Shown here one piece after another: positions 16,226-24,432 of a DNA stretch of 64,000 nucleotides (positions are counted from its first letter, which is position 1; every line of letters begins with the position of its first letter). The stretch is from the NCBI GenBank assembly GCA_000503835.1, contig CP006914.1:303341-367340 (forward strand), read 5' to 3'. The notes under the pieces are model-generated. The model saw only the letters and a list, made by a program, of their open reading frames with translations, was not told the origin of the DNA and did no database searches. The stretch is from a candidate division WWE3 bacterium RAAC2_WWE3_1. Its GTDB lineage: Bacteria; Patescibacteriota; WWE3; UBA101185; UBA10185. Both the position numbers and the translations under genes were made by a program.

Positions 16226-17139
16226 TGTCTAATACAACTAAGGGTATTTACATTTCATTGACTACAGCAGTTATTTCAGGTGTCTCTATTTTTGTAAATA
16301 AATTTGCCGTCGACACCATTAAACCCGCGCTGTATTTTACTTCCGTTAAAAATGTTGCTGTGGCGCTTTTAATTATCGCCATAATATTGGCTACCGGAGA
16401 ATGGAAGAAAATCGTCACACTTACCAAAAAAGAGCTCAAATATTTGCTTTTGATCGGGTTAATCGGAGGTTCACTTCCTTTCTATCTTTATTTCACGGGT
16501 CTGTCACAAACACCTGCGGTTAATGCGGCAATCATTCACAAAACGCTGGTATTCTGGGTTATGCTTATGGCCATTCCTTTTTTAAAAGAAAAGGTTACCA
16601 AGTGGCAAATTTTGGGCGTTTTAATGTTGTTCGCCGGAAACGTGTTTGTCGGCGGCTTCAAAGGCTTTAAATTTTCCCAGGGAGAATTAATGCTTTTGAT
16701 TGCGACGGTTTTGTGGGCAGTTGAAAACATCATTGCTAAAAAAGTTTTAACCACGGTTTCACCCAATATCGTAGCCGCGTTCAGGATGGGGCTGGGCTCC
16801 GTTGTACTTATGTCTGCGACAGTATTAACGATTCCGCAGATATTACAAAAAAGCTTATCGTTAAATAGCGGGCAGTTTTTCTTTATCGGACTTACCGTAC
16901 TATTTTTACTTGCATACACAACAACATGGTATAGAGCACTTAAAAATGCTCCGGCTGTCGTTGTAACCTCTGTCCTGGTTTCTTCTACGTTAATTACGAA
17001 CGTGCTGTCGGCAGTGTTTGTTACACACAGCTGGAATGCGGTGCTGACGGTTCAGGCTGTGTTGATAGTTGCAGGACTAGTGCTATTTTCGAAAAGTACA
17101 ACAACCCGACCCAGTACCGTCACCCTCACTACACTATAG
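16225..17139 (+). CDS. EamA/DMT family transporter
   Basis: About 10 TM in two repeats, FLKEK motif. Confidence 0.85.
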   Translation: MSNTTKGIYISLTTAVISGVSIFVNKFAVDTIKPALYFTSVKNVAVALLIIAIILATGEWKKIVTLTKKELKYLLLIGLIGGSLPFYLYFTGLSQTPAVNAAIIHKTLVFWVMLMAIPFLKEKVTKWQILGVLMLFAGNVFVGGFKGFKFSQGELMLLIATVLWAVENIIAKKVLTTVSPNIVAAFRMGLGSVVLMSATVLTIPQILQKSLSLNSGQFFFIGLTVLFLLAYTTTWYRALKNAPAVVVTSVLVSSTLITNVLSAVFVTHSWNAVLTVQAVLIVAGLVLFSKSTTTRPSTVTLTTL

Positions 17140-17230
17140 GTTGACGCACTAGACAGATAGTTTATAATTTACCGTATTCAATCTAAACAACTGCAATAAA
17201 TCAATTGCTGTTAACCAAGAAGGAGGAGAG

Positions 17231-17566
17231 ATGGCTGAGTACGAGACACTACTGGTAATGATCGATAAACGCGGTGGCAGCAGGTACAGGACATACAACG
17301 TAAGACAACGTATCTGCGACTCAGGTCTGGAGATCTTCGATTTTCCCTTGGACAGGGTCGCACTCAGGGATAGTCACCTCGGGTGTATTGGATACGACCT
17401 GATCAAAAAACTCAATGACATTGACGGCATCGAGGGGGTAGTTATTAGACCATACAGCCTGTGCGTTGAACGGAATATTGTTTATAGCTGGGCAGACATC
17501 GAAAATGATATTCTGTTTACAATTGAAGCAGCTGTAAAAAAACCGGTAGAAATAAAAAGGAGATGA
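17231..17566 (+). CDS. Hypothetical protein, possibly NifU/Nfu N-terminal-like
   Basis: AGGAGG RBS; L..IDGIEGV.I.PY.L.V.....W pattern. Confidence 0.5.
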   Translation: MAEYETLLVMIDKRGGSRYRTYNVRQRICDSGLEIFDFPLDRVALRDSHLGCIGYDLIKKLNDIDGIEGVVIRPYSLCVERNIVYSWADIENDILFTIEAAVKKPVEIKRR

Positions 17567-17572
17567 GCACGT

Positions 17573-17613
17573 AAAAGGCCGGGATTTTTCAAAAAAAACC
17601 CGGCTTTTCTTTT
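17573..17613. terminator. Bidirectional intrinsic terminator
   Basis: AAAAGGCCGGG...CCCGGCTTTT between convergent genes. Confidence 0.7.
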
Positions 17614-17618
17614 CTTCC

Positions 17619-18326
17619 CTAACTAACAGTTTTCAAAACTTCATTCGTCCAATAAGTTATCTTTTTTATTTCCTCTTCGTTTAGAATTTTCACAATCTGC
17701 TTCCAGTGAACCGCAACTGTGTCTCCAACTTCTATATCAGTAACAAACCCTTCAACAAAAGGAAACGTCTCTTTAATAAGAGTGCGTTTATACACACCTT
17801 TTACTTTTTTCAAAGAATTTAAACTTACCACCACCGTCTTTTTGTTTACTTTTTCAACTTTCCCCCAGCGGATCATGCAGTTGTTAATTGACTCCAGATT
17901 ATAAGGAACAGAGCCGCTTGCCCTTCCTACGCCGACGTGCAAAACCTGAAATAAGTGGGTGGGGATAAACTTTTTCGGCTTTTCGGTCTTAAGCTCGTCG
18001 ACGAACCATTCAGGAACACCCTGCTTTGTAAAAAAATTCAAGAGAACAGGATAATCTTTATTCTTGGCCTTTAACAGCGTATCGTTGCCCAGCCAGTAGC
18101 TCTCAACGACCCTATATGAAAATTTTTGCAATCCGGTGATTTTCGACAGCGTTCTCAAATACGGGTGCAAAACAATAAAATGCTTAAATTCTTCTTCGAC
18201 TCCCACACACTTTCCACTTATAACGCACGCCTTAAACTTCTCGGGCGCAGAATCCTTACCACAATAGCCTAATGAGTTCGGGGGAAGCGTAAATCTTGAG
18301 TTTAATTGAAGTGCCTTTTTGTCTAT
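17619..18326 (-). CDS. DUF6390-like hydrogenase-associated protein (apparent ATA start)
   Basis: In-frame extension of the track ORF contains PPNSLGYCG; also VVESYWLGN, PTHLFQV, C.I.WG.V, GD.VAVHW. Confidence 0.75.
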   Translation of the reverse strand: MDKKALQLNSRFTLPPNSLGYCGKDSAPEKFKACVISGKCVGVEEEFKHFIVLHPYLRTLSKITGLQKFSYRVVESYWLGNDTLLKAKNKDYPVLLNFFTKQGVPEWFVDELKTEKPKKFIPTHLFQVLHVGVGRASGSVPYNLESINNCMIRWGKVEKVNKKTVVVSLNSLKKVKGVYKRTLIKETFPFVEGFVTDIEVGDTVAVHWKQIVKILNEEEIKKITYWTNEVLKTVS

Positions 18327-18369
18327 ACAGGCATTTTAGAGCAAACCTGTTGTAAAATAAAGGTTGCCT

Positions 18370-18765
18370 ATGAAAGTTTATGTATTCGGAAATAAAGATT
18401 TGGGGTTGGACAACAAAGCTTTTGCCGCGCAAAAAAAGTTGGGTACTATATTCCCTCAAATTGAATTCGTAGAGGTTAAGCTTAATGCGGACTTACCTTT
18501 CGAGCACGACGAACAGGTTTATATTATGGACACGGTCGAAGGAATTGAAGAGCCGGTTTTAATAGAGGATTTGGATAAACTTATTAACACAAATTCAGTT
18601 TCTGTACACGACTTTGACCTGGGGTTTCAACTGAAATATCTGAAGAAGCTGGGAAAGCTCGGTAATGTTACAATAATAGGACTGCCGATGGGAAAAAAGA
18701 CAGATTACTTGCGTATCCAGTCAATTTTCAAAAAGTTGGTAGCGCAGGACATGCAGGGATCGTAA
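18370..18765 (+). CDS. Hydrogenase maturation protease-like protein (HyaD/HycI fold)
   Basis: VFGNKDLGLD, IMDTV, SVHD; adjacent to the hydrogenase. Confidence 0.65.
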   Translation: MKVYVFGNKDLGLDNKAFAAQKKLGTIFPQIEFVEVKLNADLPFEHDEQVYIMDTVEGIEEPVLIEDLDKLINTNSVSVHDFDLGFQLKYLKKLGKLGNVTIIGLPMGKKTDYLRIQSIFKKLVAQDMQGS

Positions 18766-20006
18766 GCTCTGATTATTTTTTCAGCTTCAACCCTAAGAAC
18801 ATTTTCCGGCTTATCGAGGTTTGCACCAAAGTATTTTCTCAGGTCCTTTTCTATATTTATCTGGTTCTGTGAGGTAGGGACAATAACATCGTAATCCTCG
18901 ATCATACCTTTATCGTTTACCCTGGCCATGTGGTACAAAGTTCCTCTCGGAGCCTCTACGACTCCCACCCCCACACCTGCTTTTTTCGGCGTCTTGACGG
19001 GTTTTTCGTCGACTATCTTTATAGTTTTTAAAACGTCAAGGGCGTCGTCCACACATTGAAGAATTTCTATGGCCTGAGCCAAATTGTTGTGGTGAACGTT
19101 TTTGGACGGGAAAATGCTCAAGTATTGTTCGACATCAGCTTTTGTTCTCGGGTTAAGTAAGTCTTTATTAAAGTTCAATCTCGCCAATGCACCCACTAAA
19201 TAATTATCATGCTGGTCAGAAAAAACGTAACCCTCGGATTGGGAGTATGGTACGACAACGGATTTAAGAAAGTCGTGAAAATTACTTTCGGTAATTGCCT
19301 TACCGTCGGAATTTGTAATTTCACCTTCGATAAAATCAAAACTCTTGCCGTTTCTTAAACACAAAAAGTCGGCGTCACTAAACAACTCTTGTTTGTAATC
19401 AAAGAAAGTTTTAATTCCTCTCAGAACCTGGGGTCTTATTTTTTCCAATCTTTCTATTAGAGCCGGGAACTTTGCCGGATCCGGAGTTTTCAAAAATCCC
19501 CCGACGGTAGGGTAGGGAGCGTGAATAGCAGCCCCAATTATTACGTCGCTAATGTCGGTACCAAGCTTTTTGATATCAAACGAGTCGTGTAACAAAATAT
19601 GTCCGGAATCGTCATGGTCGTCGGGTATGTCCAGGATAGAATCAATTCCTAAAACATCGGGTAAAACAAAGAAATAAAGATGCAGAGCATGGTCGCGTAT
19701 CATAAGACCGTCGTAGGCGACCCTCCGTAACAAGCGTGTTTGTTCTGTCAAAACAATGTCCTGTGATTTTTCTATCGCCTCGAGAGACGCAAAAAGATGG
19801 GCGACCGAGCACGTTCCGCATATCCTCGATAAAAACGACGGTGACGCGACGTACGGCTTTCCGAGCACAGCCTCCGTATAAAACCTGCGGTAATCTTTGA
19901 TAATAAATTTAAGATTAGTTACTTTGTCATTTTCAACAGTAACTTCAACGCCGGCCGTCCCTTCTATTTTGGTAATATTTTCAATCGTTATGTTTCCGCT
20001 ATGCAT
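18705..20006 (-). CDS. NiFe hydrogenase large subunit, group 3b-related
   Basis: TKIEG, L1 RICGTC, HALHLY, EAPRGTLYH, L2 DPCMSC. Confidence 0.92.
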   Translation of the reverse strand: MHSGNITIENITKIEGTAGVEVTVENDKVTNLKFIIKDYRRFYTEAVLGKPYVASPSFLSRICGTCSVAHLFASLEAIEKSQDIVLTEQTRLLRRVAYDGLMIRDHALHLYFFVLPDVLGIDSILDIPDDHDDSGHILLHDSFDIKKLGTDISDVIIGAAIHAPYPTVGGFLKTPDPAKFPALIERLEKIRPQVLRGIKTFFDYKQELFSDADFLCLRNGKSFDFIEGEITNSDGKAITESNFHDFLKSVVVPYSQSEGYVFSDQHDNYLVGALARLNFNKDLLNPRTKADVEQYLSIFPSKNVHHNNLAQAIEILQCVDDALDVLKTIKIVDEKPVKTPKKAGVGVGVVEAPRGTLYHMARVNDKGMIEDYDVIVPTSQNQINIEKDLRKYFGANLDKPENVLRVEAEKIIRAYDPCMSCATNFLKIDWIRK

Positions 20007-20523
20007 TTTCGATTATTTTAAATAATTTTAAGTACTTCCAGAGAGCGGTCTTGAAAGCTTCGGCGTTCATGGGACAGCCGTCAACTTTATCGTCAACCTT
20101 GATTACGTCCTCAAGTTTTTTAACTTTGGCTGCGTAATCAAAATGTTCCATGTACCATTTGGTTTTAAAACTCATATTTTCAGGGACAAACATGTTTCTG
20201 CTTGCCGAAGGAAGTCCGTTGCAGGCACACGCACCTATTGCCACCACATACTTTGAGTTGTTGCGGATTTTTGTAACTTCTGTGGCCTGTTTTTCTGAAG
20301 AAATTGCACCTTCGATAAAAGCTACGTCCAGATTTTCGATGGAATTGTTTGTTTTTAAGGCTTTTAAGTGCCTGAACTCAACAAGAGTTTTCCATTCGGC
20401 GAAGTGATCGTTCAAAAGCTCGGTAAACAAAATCGTGCTGTCTTCACTACAGGTAAAAGAAAACCAGCCTACAACAAGTTTCTTTATTTTGTCGGGTTGG
20501 GTAGAAACATAGGCAGTATCCAT
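19999..20523 (-). CDS. NiFe hydrogenase small subunit (short, proximal-cluster domain only)
   Basis: TCSED, DVAFIEGA, AIGACA, GCP. Confidence 0.88.
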   Translation of the reverse strand: MDTAYVSTQPDKIKKLVVGWFSFTCSEDSTILFTELLNDHFAEWKTLVEFRHLKALKTNNSIENLDVAFIEGAISSEKQATEVTKIRNNSKYVVAIGACACNGLPSASRNMFVPENMSFKTKWYMEHFDYAAKVKKLEDVIKVDDKVDGCPMNAEAFKTALWKYLKLFKIIENA

Positions 20524-20544
20524 ATTATGTATAATAACAGATAG

Positions 20545-20745
20545 ATGTGTTTAGCAATACCGGGCATTGTAAAAGAAATACAAGGTGAAAAGCTGGTCAT
20601 CGAGTATCCTACCGAAACCAGGCAAGCTCTTGCCGGAGGTATGCCTCTAAAAGTAGGGGACTACGTGATGATACAAATGGGTATTGCCATAAAAATTGTT
20701 ACTAAAAAAGAGGCAGAGGTATCGTGGAAGGCGTGGAGGTCTTAA
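20545..20745 (+). CDS. hypC: Hydrogenase assembly chaperone HypC/HupF
   Basis: MCLAIPG N-terminus, KVGDYV. Confidence 0.92.
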   Translation: MCLAIPGIVKEIQGEKLVIEYPTETRQALAGGMPLKVGDYVMIQMGIAIKIVTKKEAEVSWKAWRS

Positions 20746-20751
20746 TCCAAA

Positions 20752-21003
20752 ATGGATGAACTAGCCCGGCGGATAGAAAAAATAGAACAGAGGAACAAAT
20801 TAGTAGAAACCGACAAAGCTTGGGAAACAAGCAAAACAAGGCGGTTGTTAATTGCACTGTTTACGTATTTATCGATTTTTTTGTACTTTCTGGTCATTGG
20901 CGTTGATAAACCTTTTTTAAACGCAATTGTTCCTACGGTAGGCTTCCTACTTTCCACTATCTCATTACCTTTTGTAAGAAAGATTTGGGAAAAGTACAGG
21001 TAA
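20752..21003 (+). CDS. Small membrane protein
   Basis: IEQRNKLVETDKAWE followed by 2 TM. Confidence 0.75.
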   Translation: MDELARRIEKIEQRNKLVETDKAWETSKTRRLLIALFTYLSIFLYFLVIGVDKPFLNAIVPTVGFLLSTISLPFVRKIWEKYR

Positions 21004-21073
21004 TCCGCAAACAATTAAGTTCAAATGTATCCCAAGAATGTTCTGACTTGCTATACTTAATCCAGTTTAAGCT

Positions 21074-23524
21074 ATGAAAAACTACCGATTCCTCACAGAA
21101 GAAAAAGGACTATCAAACGCAGAGGTAACTCAAAGACAAAAACAATACGGCCTTAACATACTTCCCGAAAAAGCTCCCCCGGGTAAGTTTTACCTGTTTT
21201 TAGCACAGCTTAAAAGCCCGTTGGTATACGTTTTGCTCGCGTCCTCACTGGTTACATTTGCGCTTGGTGAAATCGCGAACGCTTTTATAATTCTCCTCGC
21301 GGTCATTATTAATACGGTATTGGGATTTATACAGGAGTACAAAACATCGAACGCCCTGGCCGCTTTAAAAAAATTTATCTCCGACGAAACAACCGTAATC
21401 CGTGACGGAAACCGGGTACTAATCGATTCTTCTCAAATCGTACCTGGCGACATTATAGTTTTGAGCCAGGGAGATAAAATTCCGGCAGACGGAGAAATAC
21501 TATCCTCTAACCGGCTGCATGTTAATGAGTCTATATTAACGGGAGAGAGCGCCGCAGTTGAAAAAAGTAATGACGACGGGCTTTTTATGGGAACCACCGT
21601 AGTTTCAGGACAAGCCGCTATCCAGATAGAAGCCACAGGCACTGCAACGAAGATGGGAAAAATCGCCGAGAAAATACAGGAAGAAAAAGAGGTTACTCCA
21701 CTTCAAAAACAATTAAAATCATTCAGCACCCAGCTTTTGTACGTAATAGGACTTCTCGTCGTTGTCGTATTTGTTGTCGGACTTATACATAAATTCAGCC
21801 TCGTAGAAATATTTACAACTTCAGTGGCCTTAGCCGTTTCAAGTATTCCCGAAGGCCTTTTAGTTTCATTAACAGTTGTACTTGCTGTAGGAATGCAAAA
21901 GATTTTAAAACGAAAAGGCCTGGTAAGAAAATTGGCGGCGGCCGAAACTTTGGGCGGTGTCACGGTTATTTGTGTGGATAAAACAGGGACTTTAACCGAG
22001 GGACATATGGAAGTCGTTGATTTCATAGGAAACGAGAAAGAATTAGCAGTTCAGTCTTTACTGGCAAACGATTTAGACGACCCGATTGTGATATCGGCAT
22101 ACGAATGGGGAAAGAAAATAATGGGAGATCCCGCACCGGGTCTTCCGAGAATTGACAGCATACCATTCTCATCCGAGGACCGCTTTTCTCTTTGTCTGAA
22201 TAAATGGAACGCTGAAAAAAACATAATATTTGTGAACGGCGCCCCTGAAATACTCCTTCGATGGACAACCTTATCCGATAAAGAAAAAGAAGAAATAGTC
22301 TTGTCCATAGATAATTTTACAAAACAAGGAAAACGGGTAATAGGATTTGCCAGAAAAGAAGTACCTATAGAAAAGGTTGCTTTAGACGCTTCGGACGCAA
22401 TGAGTGACTTATCCTGGGCAGGCTTGCTGGTGTTTTCCGACCCCGTGAGAATGGGAGTTAAGGAAGCCCTGGAACAAGCCAGAATTGCCGGAATAAAAAT
22501 AATGGTTATAACGGGAGATTACGCAAATACATCTGAGTTTGTTCTATCGGAACTGGAAGTAGCGGTATCAAAAGACGAGATAATGACCGGGGACCGACTT
22601 GCTGTACTTTCAGCTGAAGAATTGTCACACCGGGTAAAAAATATAAGACTATTCGCAAGAACAACACCGGATCAAAAACTTTTAATAGTGGGGGCTCTCA
22701 AAAACAACGGAGAAATCGTGGCTATGATAGGGGACGGTGTTAACGACGCACCGGCTTTGCACAAATCAGATATCGGAGTTGTTGTCGGAGAGGCTTCAGA
22801 CGTTGCAAAAGAATCTGCTGATCTCGTCTTACTCGATTCTAATTTTTCAACTATTATTGCCGCGGTAGAAGAGGGCAGAGTTATGTTTGAAAACATAAGG
22901 AAAATTATCCTTTATCTGTTATGCGATGCCTTCGGTGAAATAATCGTAGTCCTCGGTGGAATAATGCTGGGCGTCCCTTTGCCTCTTACAGCCGTTCAGA
23001 TACTTTGGATCAATCTGGTTTCCGACGGATTCCCCAATCTTGCACTGACAGTAGACCCGAAAAGAAAAGACATTATGTATGAAGTTCCGCGTCCGGCTAA
23101 GGAACTCCTCGTCAATACTAAAATGGTTATATTGATTTCATTTGTGAGCCTACTCGTGGGTCTTATAGCACTTGGTTCCTTCGTATACATCTATAATTCG
23201 ACGGGTGACGTAGTTTTAGCAAGATCATTTACATTTATAACGATCGGTCTGAACTCCCTGATTTATGTCTTTGCCGTAAGAGAACCCAAAAAACCCTTTT
23301 GGAACAATCACATGTTCAACAATAAGTACTTGGTTGCTGCTGTGATTGGAGGATTAGCACTTCAATTCCTTCCCTTTTCTACGGGCGCATCAAGACAGTT
23401 TTTCGGGTTGAGTGAACTCGGAATAAAACACTGGGTGCTCGCCCTGAATTTCTCACTTATAATGTTCTTCGTTATCGAAGTATTTAAGAAGGTGACCAAC
23501 CGCGGGGGTTTCAGCCGGTTATAA
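21074..23524 (+). CDS. Cation-transporting P-type ATPase (type II, Ca2+-like)
   Basis: TGES, PEGL, DKTGTLT, TGD, GDGVND, QILWINL. Confidence 0.92.
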   Translation: MKNYRFLTEEKGLSNAEVTQRQKQYGLNILPEKAPPGKFYLFLAQLKSPLVYVLLASSLVTFALGEIANAFIILLAVIINTVLGFIQEYKTSNALAALKKFISDETTVIRDGNRVLIDSSQIVPGDIIVLSQGDKIPADGEILSSNRLHVNESILTGESAAVEKSNDDGLFMGTTVVSGQAAIQIEATGTATKMGKIAEKIQEEKEVTPLQKQLKSFSTQLLYVIGLLVVVVFVVGLIHKFSLVEIFTTSVALAVSSIPEGLLVSLTVVLAVGMQKILKRKGLVRKLAAAETLGGVTVICVDKTGTLTEGHMEVVDFIGNEKELAVQSLLANDLDDPIVISAYEWGKKIMGDPAPGLPRIDSIPFSSEDRFSLCLNKWNAEKNIIFVNGAPEILLRWTTLSDKEKEEIVLSIDNFTKQGKRVIGFARKEVPIEKVALDASDAMSDLSWAGLLVFSDPVRMGVKEALEQARIAGIKIMVITGDYANTSEFVLSELEVAVSKDEIMTGDRLAVLSAEELSHRVKNIRLFARTTPDQKLLIVGALKNNGEIVAMIGDGVNDAPALHKSDIGVVVGEASDVAKESADLVLLDSNFSTIIAAVEEGRVMFENIRKIILYLLCDAFGEIIVVLGGIMLGVPLPLTAVQILWINLVSDGFPNLALTVDPKRKDIMYEVPRPAKELLVNTKMVILISFVSLLVGLIALGSFVYIYNSTGDVVLARSFTFITIGLNSLIYVFAVREPKKPFWNNHMFNNKYLVAAVIGGLALQFLPFSTGASRQFFGLSELGIKHWVLALNFSLIMFFVIEVFKKVTNRGGFSRL

Positions 23525-23530
23525 AACACA

Positions 23531-24388
23531 ATGCTTACACCAATTCTTGCTACAATATCCTCCTTCGTAGATCAGCTTGGCTCGGCGGTAATTAAGAAAA
23601 CCGAAAATGATGTTTACTATCCCGCATCAATATGGGGAGCGGCACTTGTCTCAACGGCAAGCGGCTCGGTGATAATATTCGCCTATGTTCTGTTAAAAAG
23701 TAATTTATATCTGGACCCGGCTAAAATATGGTTGTTTTTTCCCAGAATAGGCCTTGAGATCTTTCAAATCTACGTAACATTTACAGCCCTAAAGATATCC
23801 GATTTAAGCAGTTACAATTTCCTGAGAGTGTTTTCAATAATATTCGTTATTATTTTCGAATTCCTTTTTCTGAATACATTACTGACTCCCCTAAAATACC
23901 TGGGAATATTGACCGTGTTCCTTTCAATTCTTATCGTTTTCCGACACGGGGTAAAAAATATTGCGGGGTGGGGGTTTTTGCTGGCATCTGCGGTTAACGG
24001 TGGTTTGCTGATGGCCTTGACTAAATATCAGTTCTCTTTCAACGATGCCTATTTAAATGAAGCGATAGTCCGTATATTTCTCATTGTGCTGCTTGCCGGT
24101 TTCGTTCTGTTTAATTTTAAAGGGACGCCCGTCAATCCTGCTCCCCCGTTCCTAAAACATAATAAAACTCTTTGGTTGCTTATTCCGATTAGAGCGGTGG
24201 TAGGAATTTTAAACCTGGTAGCTTTAAACTTGGGGGCTGCAGCCGTCTACACCACGGCCGACAGAGCAGGCTCTGTTTTATCCGGAGTGGCGCTGGGACA
24301 TTCGATGTTCAATGAAAAGTCTTTAGTGGAAAAATTGTTTATAGCCTCAGGGATTACCACCGGGCTGGTACTTCTTATTTTAGGCTAA
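23531..24388 (+). CDS. EamA/DMT-like membrane protein
   Basis: About 10 TM; FNEK near the C-terminus. Confidence 0.7.
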   Translation: MLTPILATISSFVDQLGSAVIKKTENDVYYPASIWGAALVSTASGSVIIFAYVLLKSNLYLDPAKIWLFFPRIGLEIFQIYVTFTALKISDLSSYNFLRVFSIIFVIIFEFLFLNTLLTPLKYLGILTVFLSILIVFRHGVKNIAGWGFLLASAVNGGLLMALTKYQFSFNDAYLNEAIVRIFLIVLLAGFVLFNFKGTPVNPAPPFLKHNKTLWLLIPIRAVVGILNLVALNLGAAAVYTTADRAGSVLSGVALGHSMFNEKSLVEKLFIASGITTGLVLLILG

Positions 24389-24432
24389 AAAGACAACTTA
24401 AGCCGCATCACAATGCTTTTCCATCAACTGTT

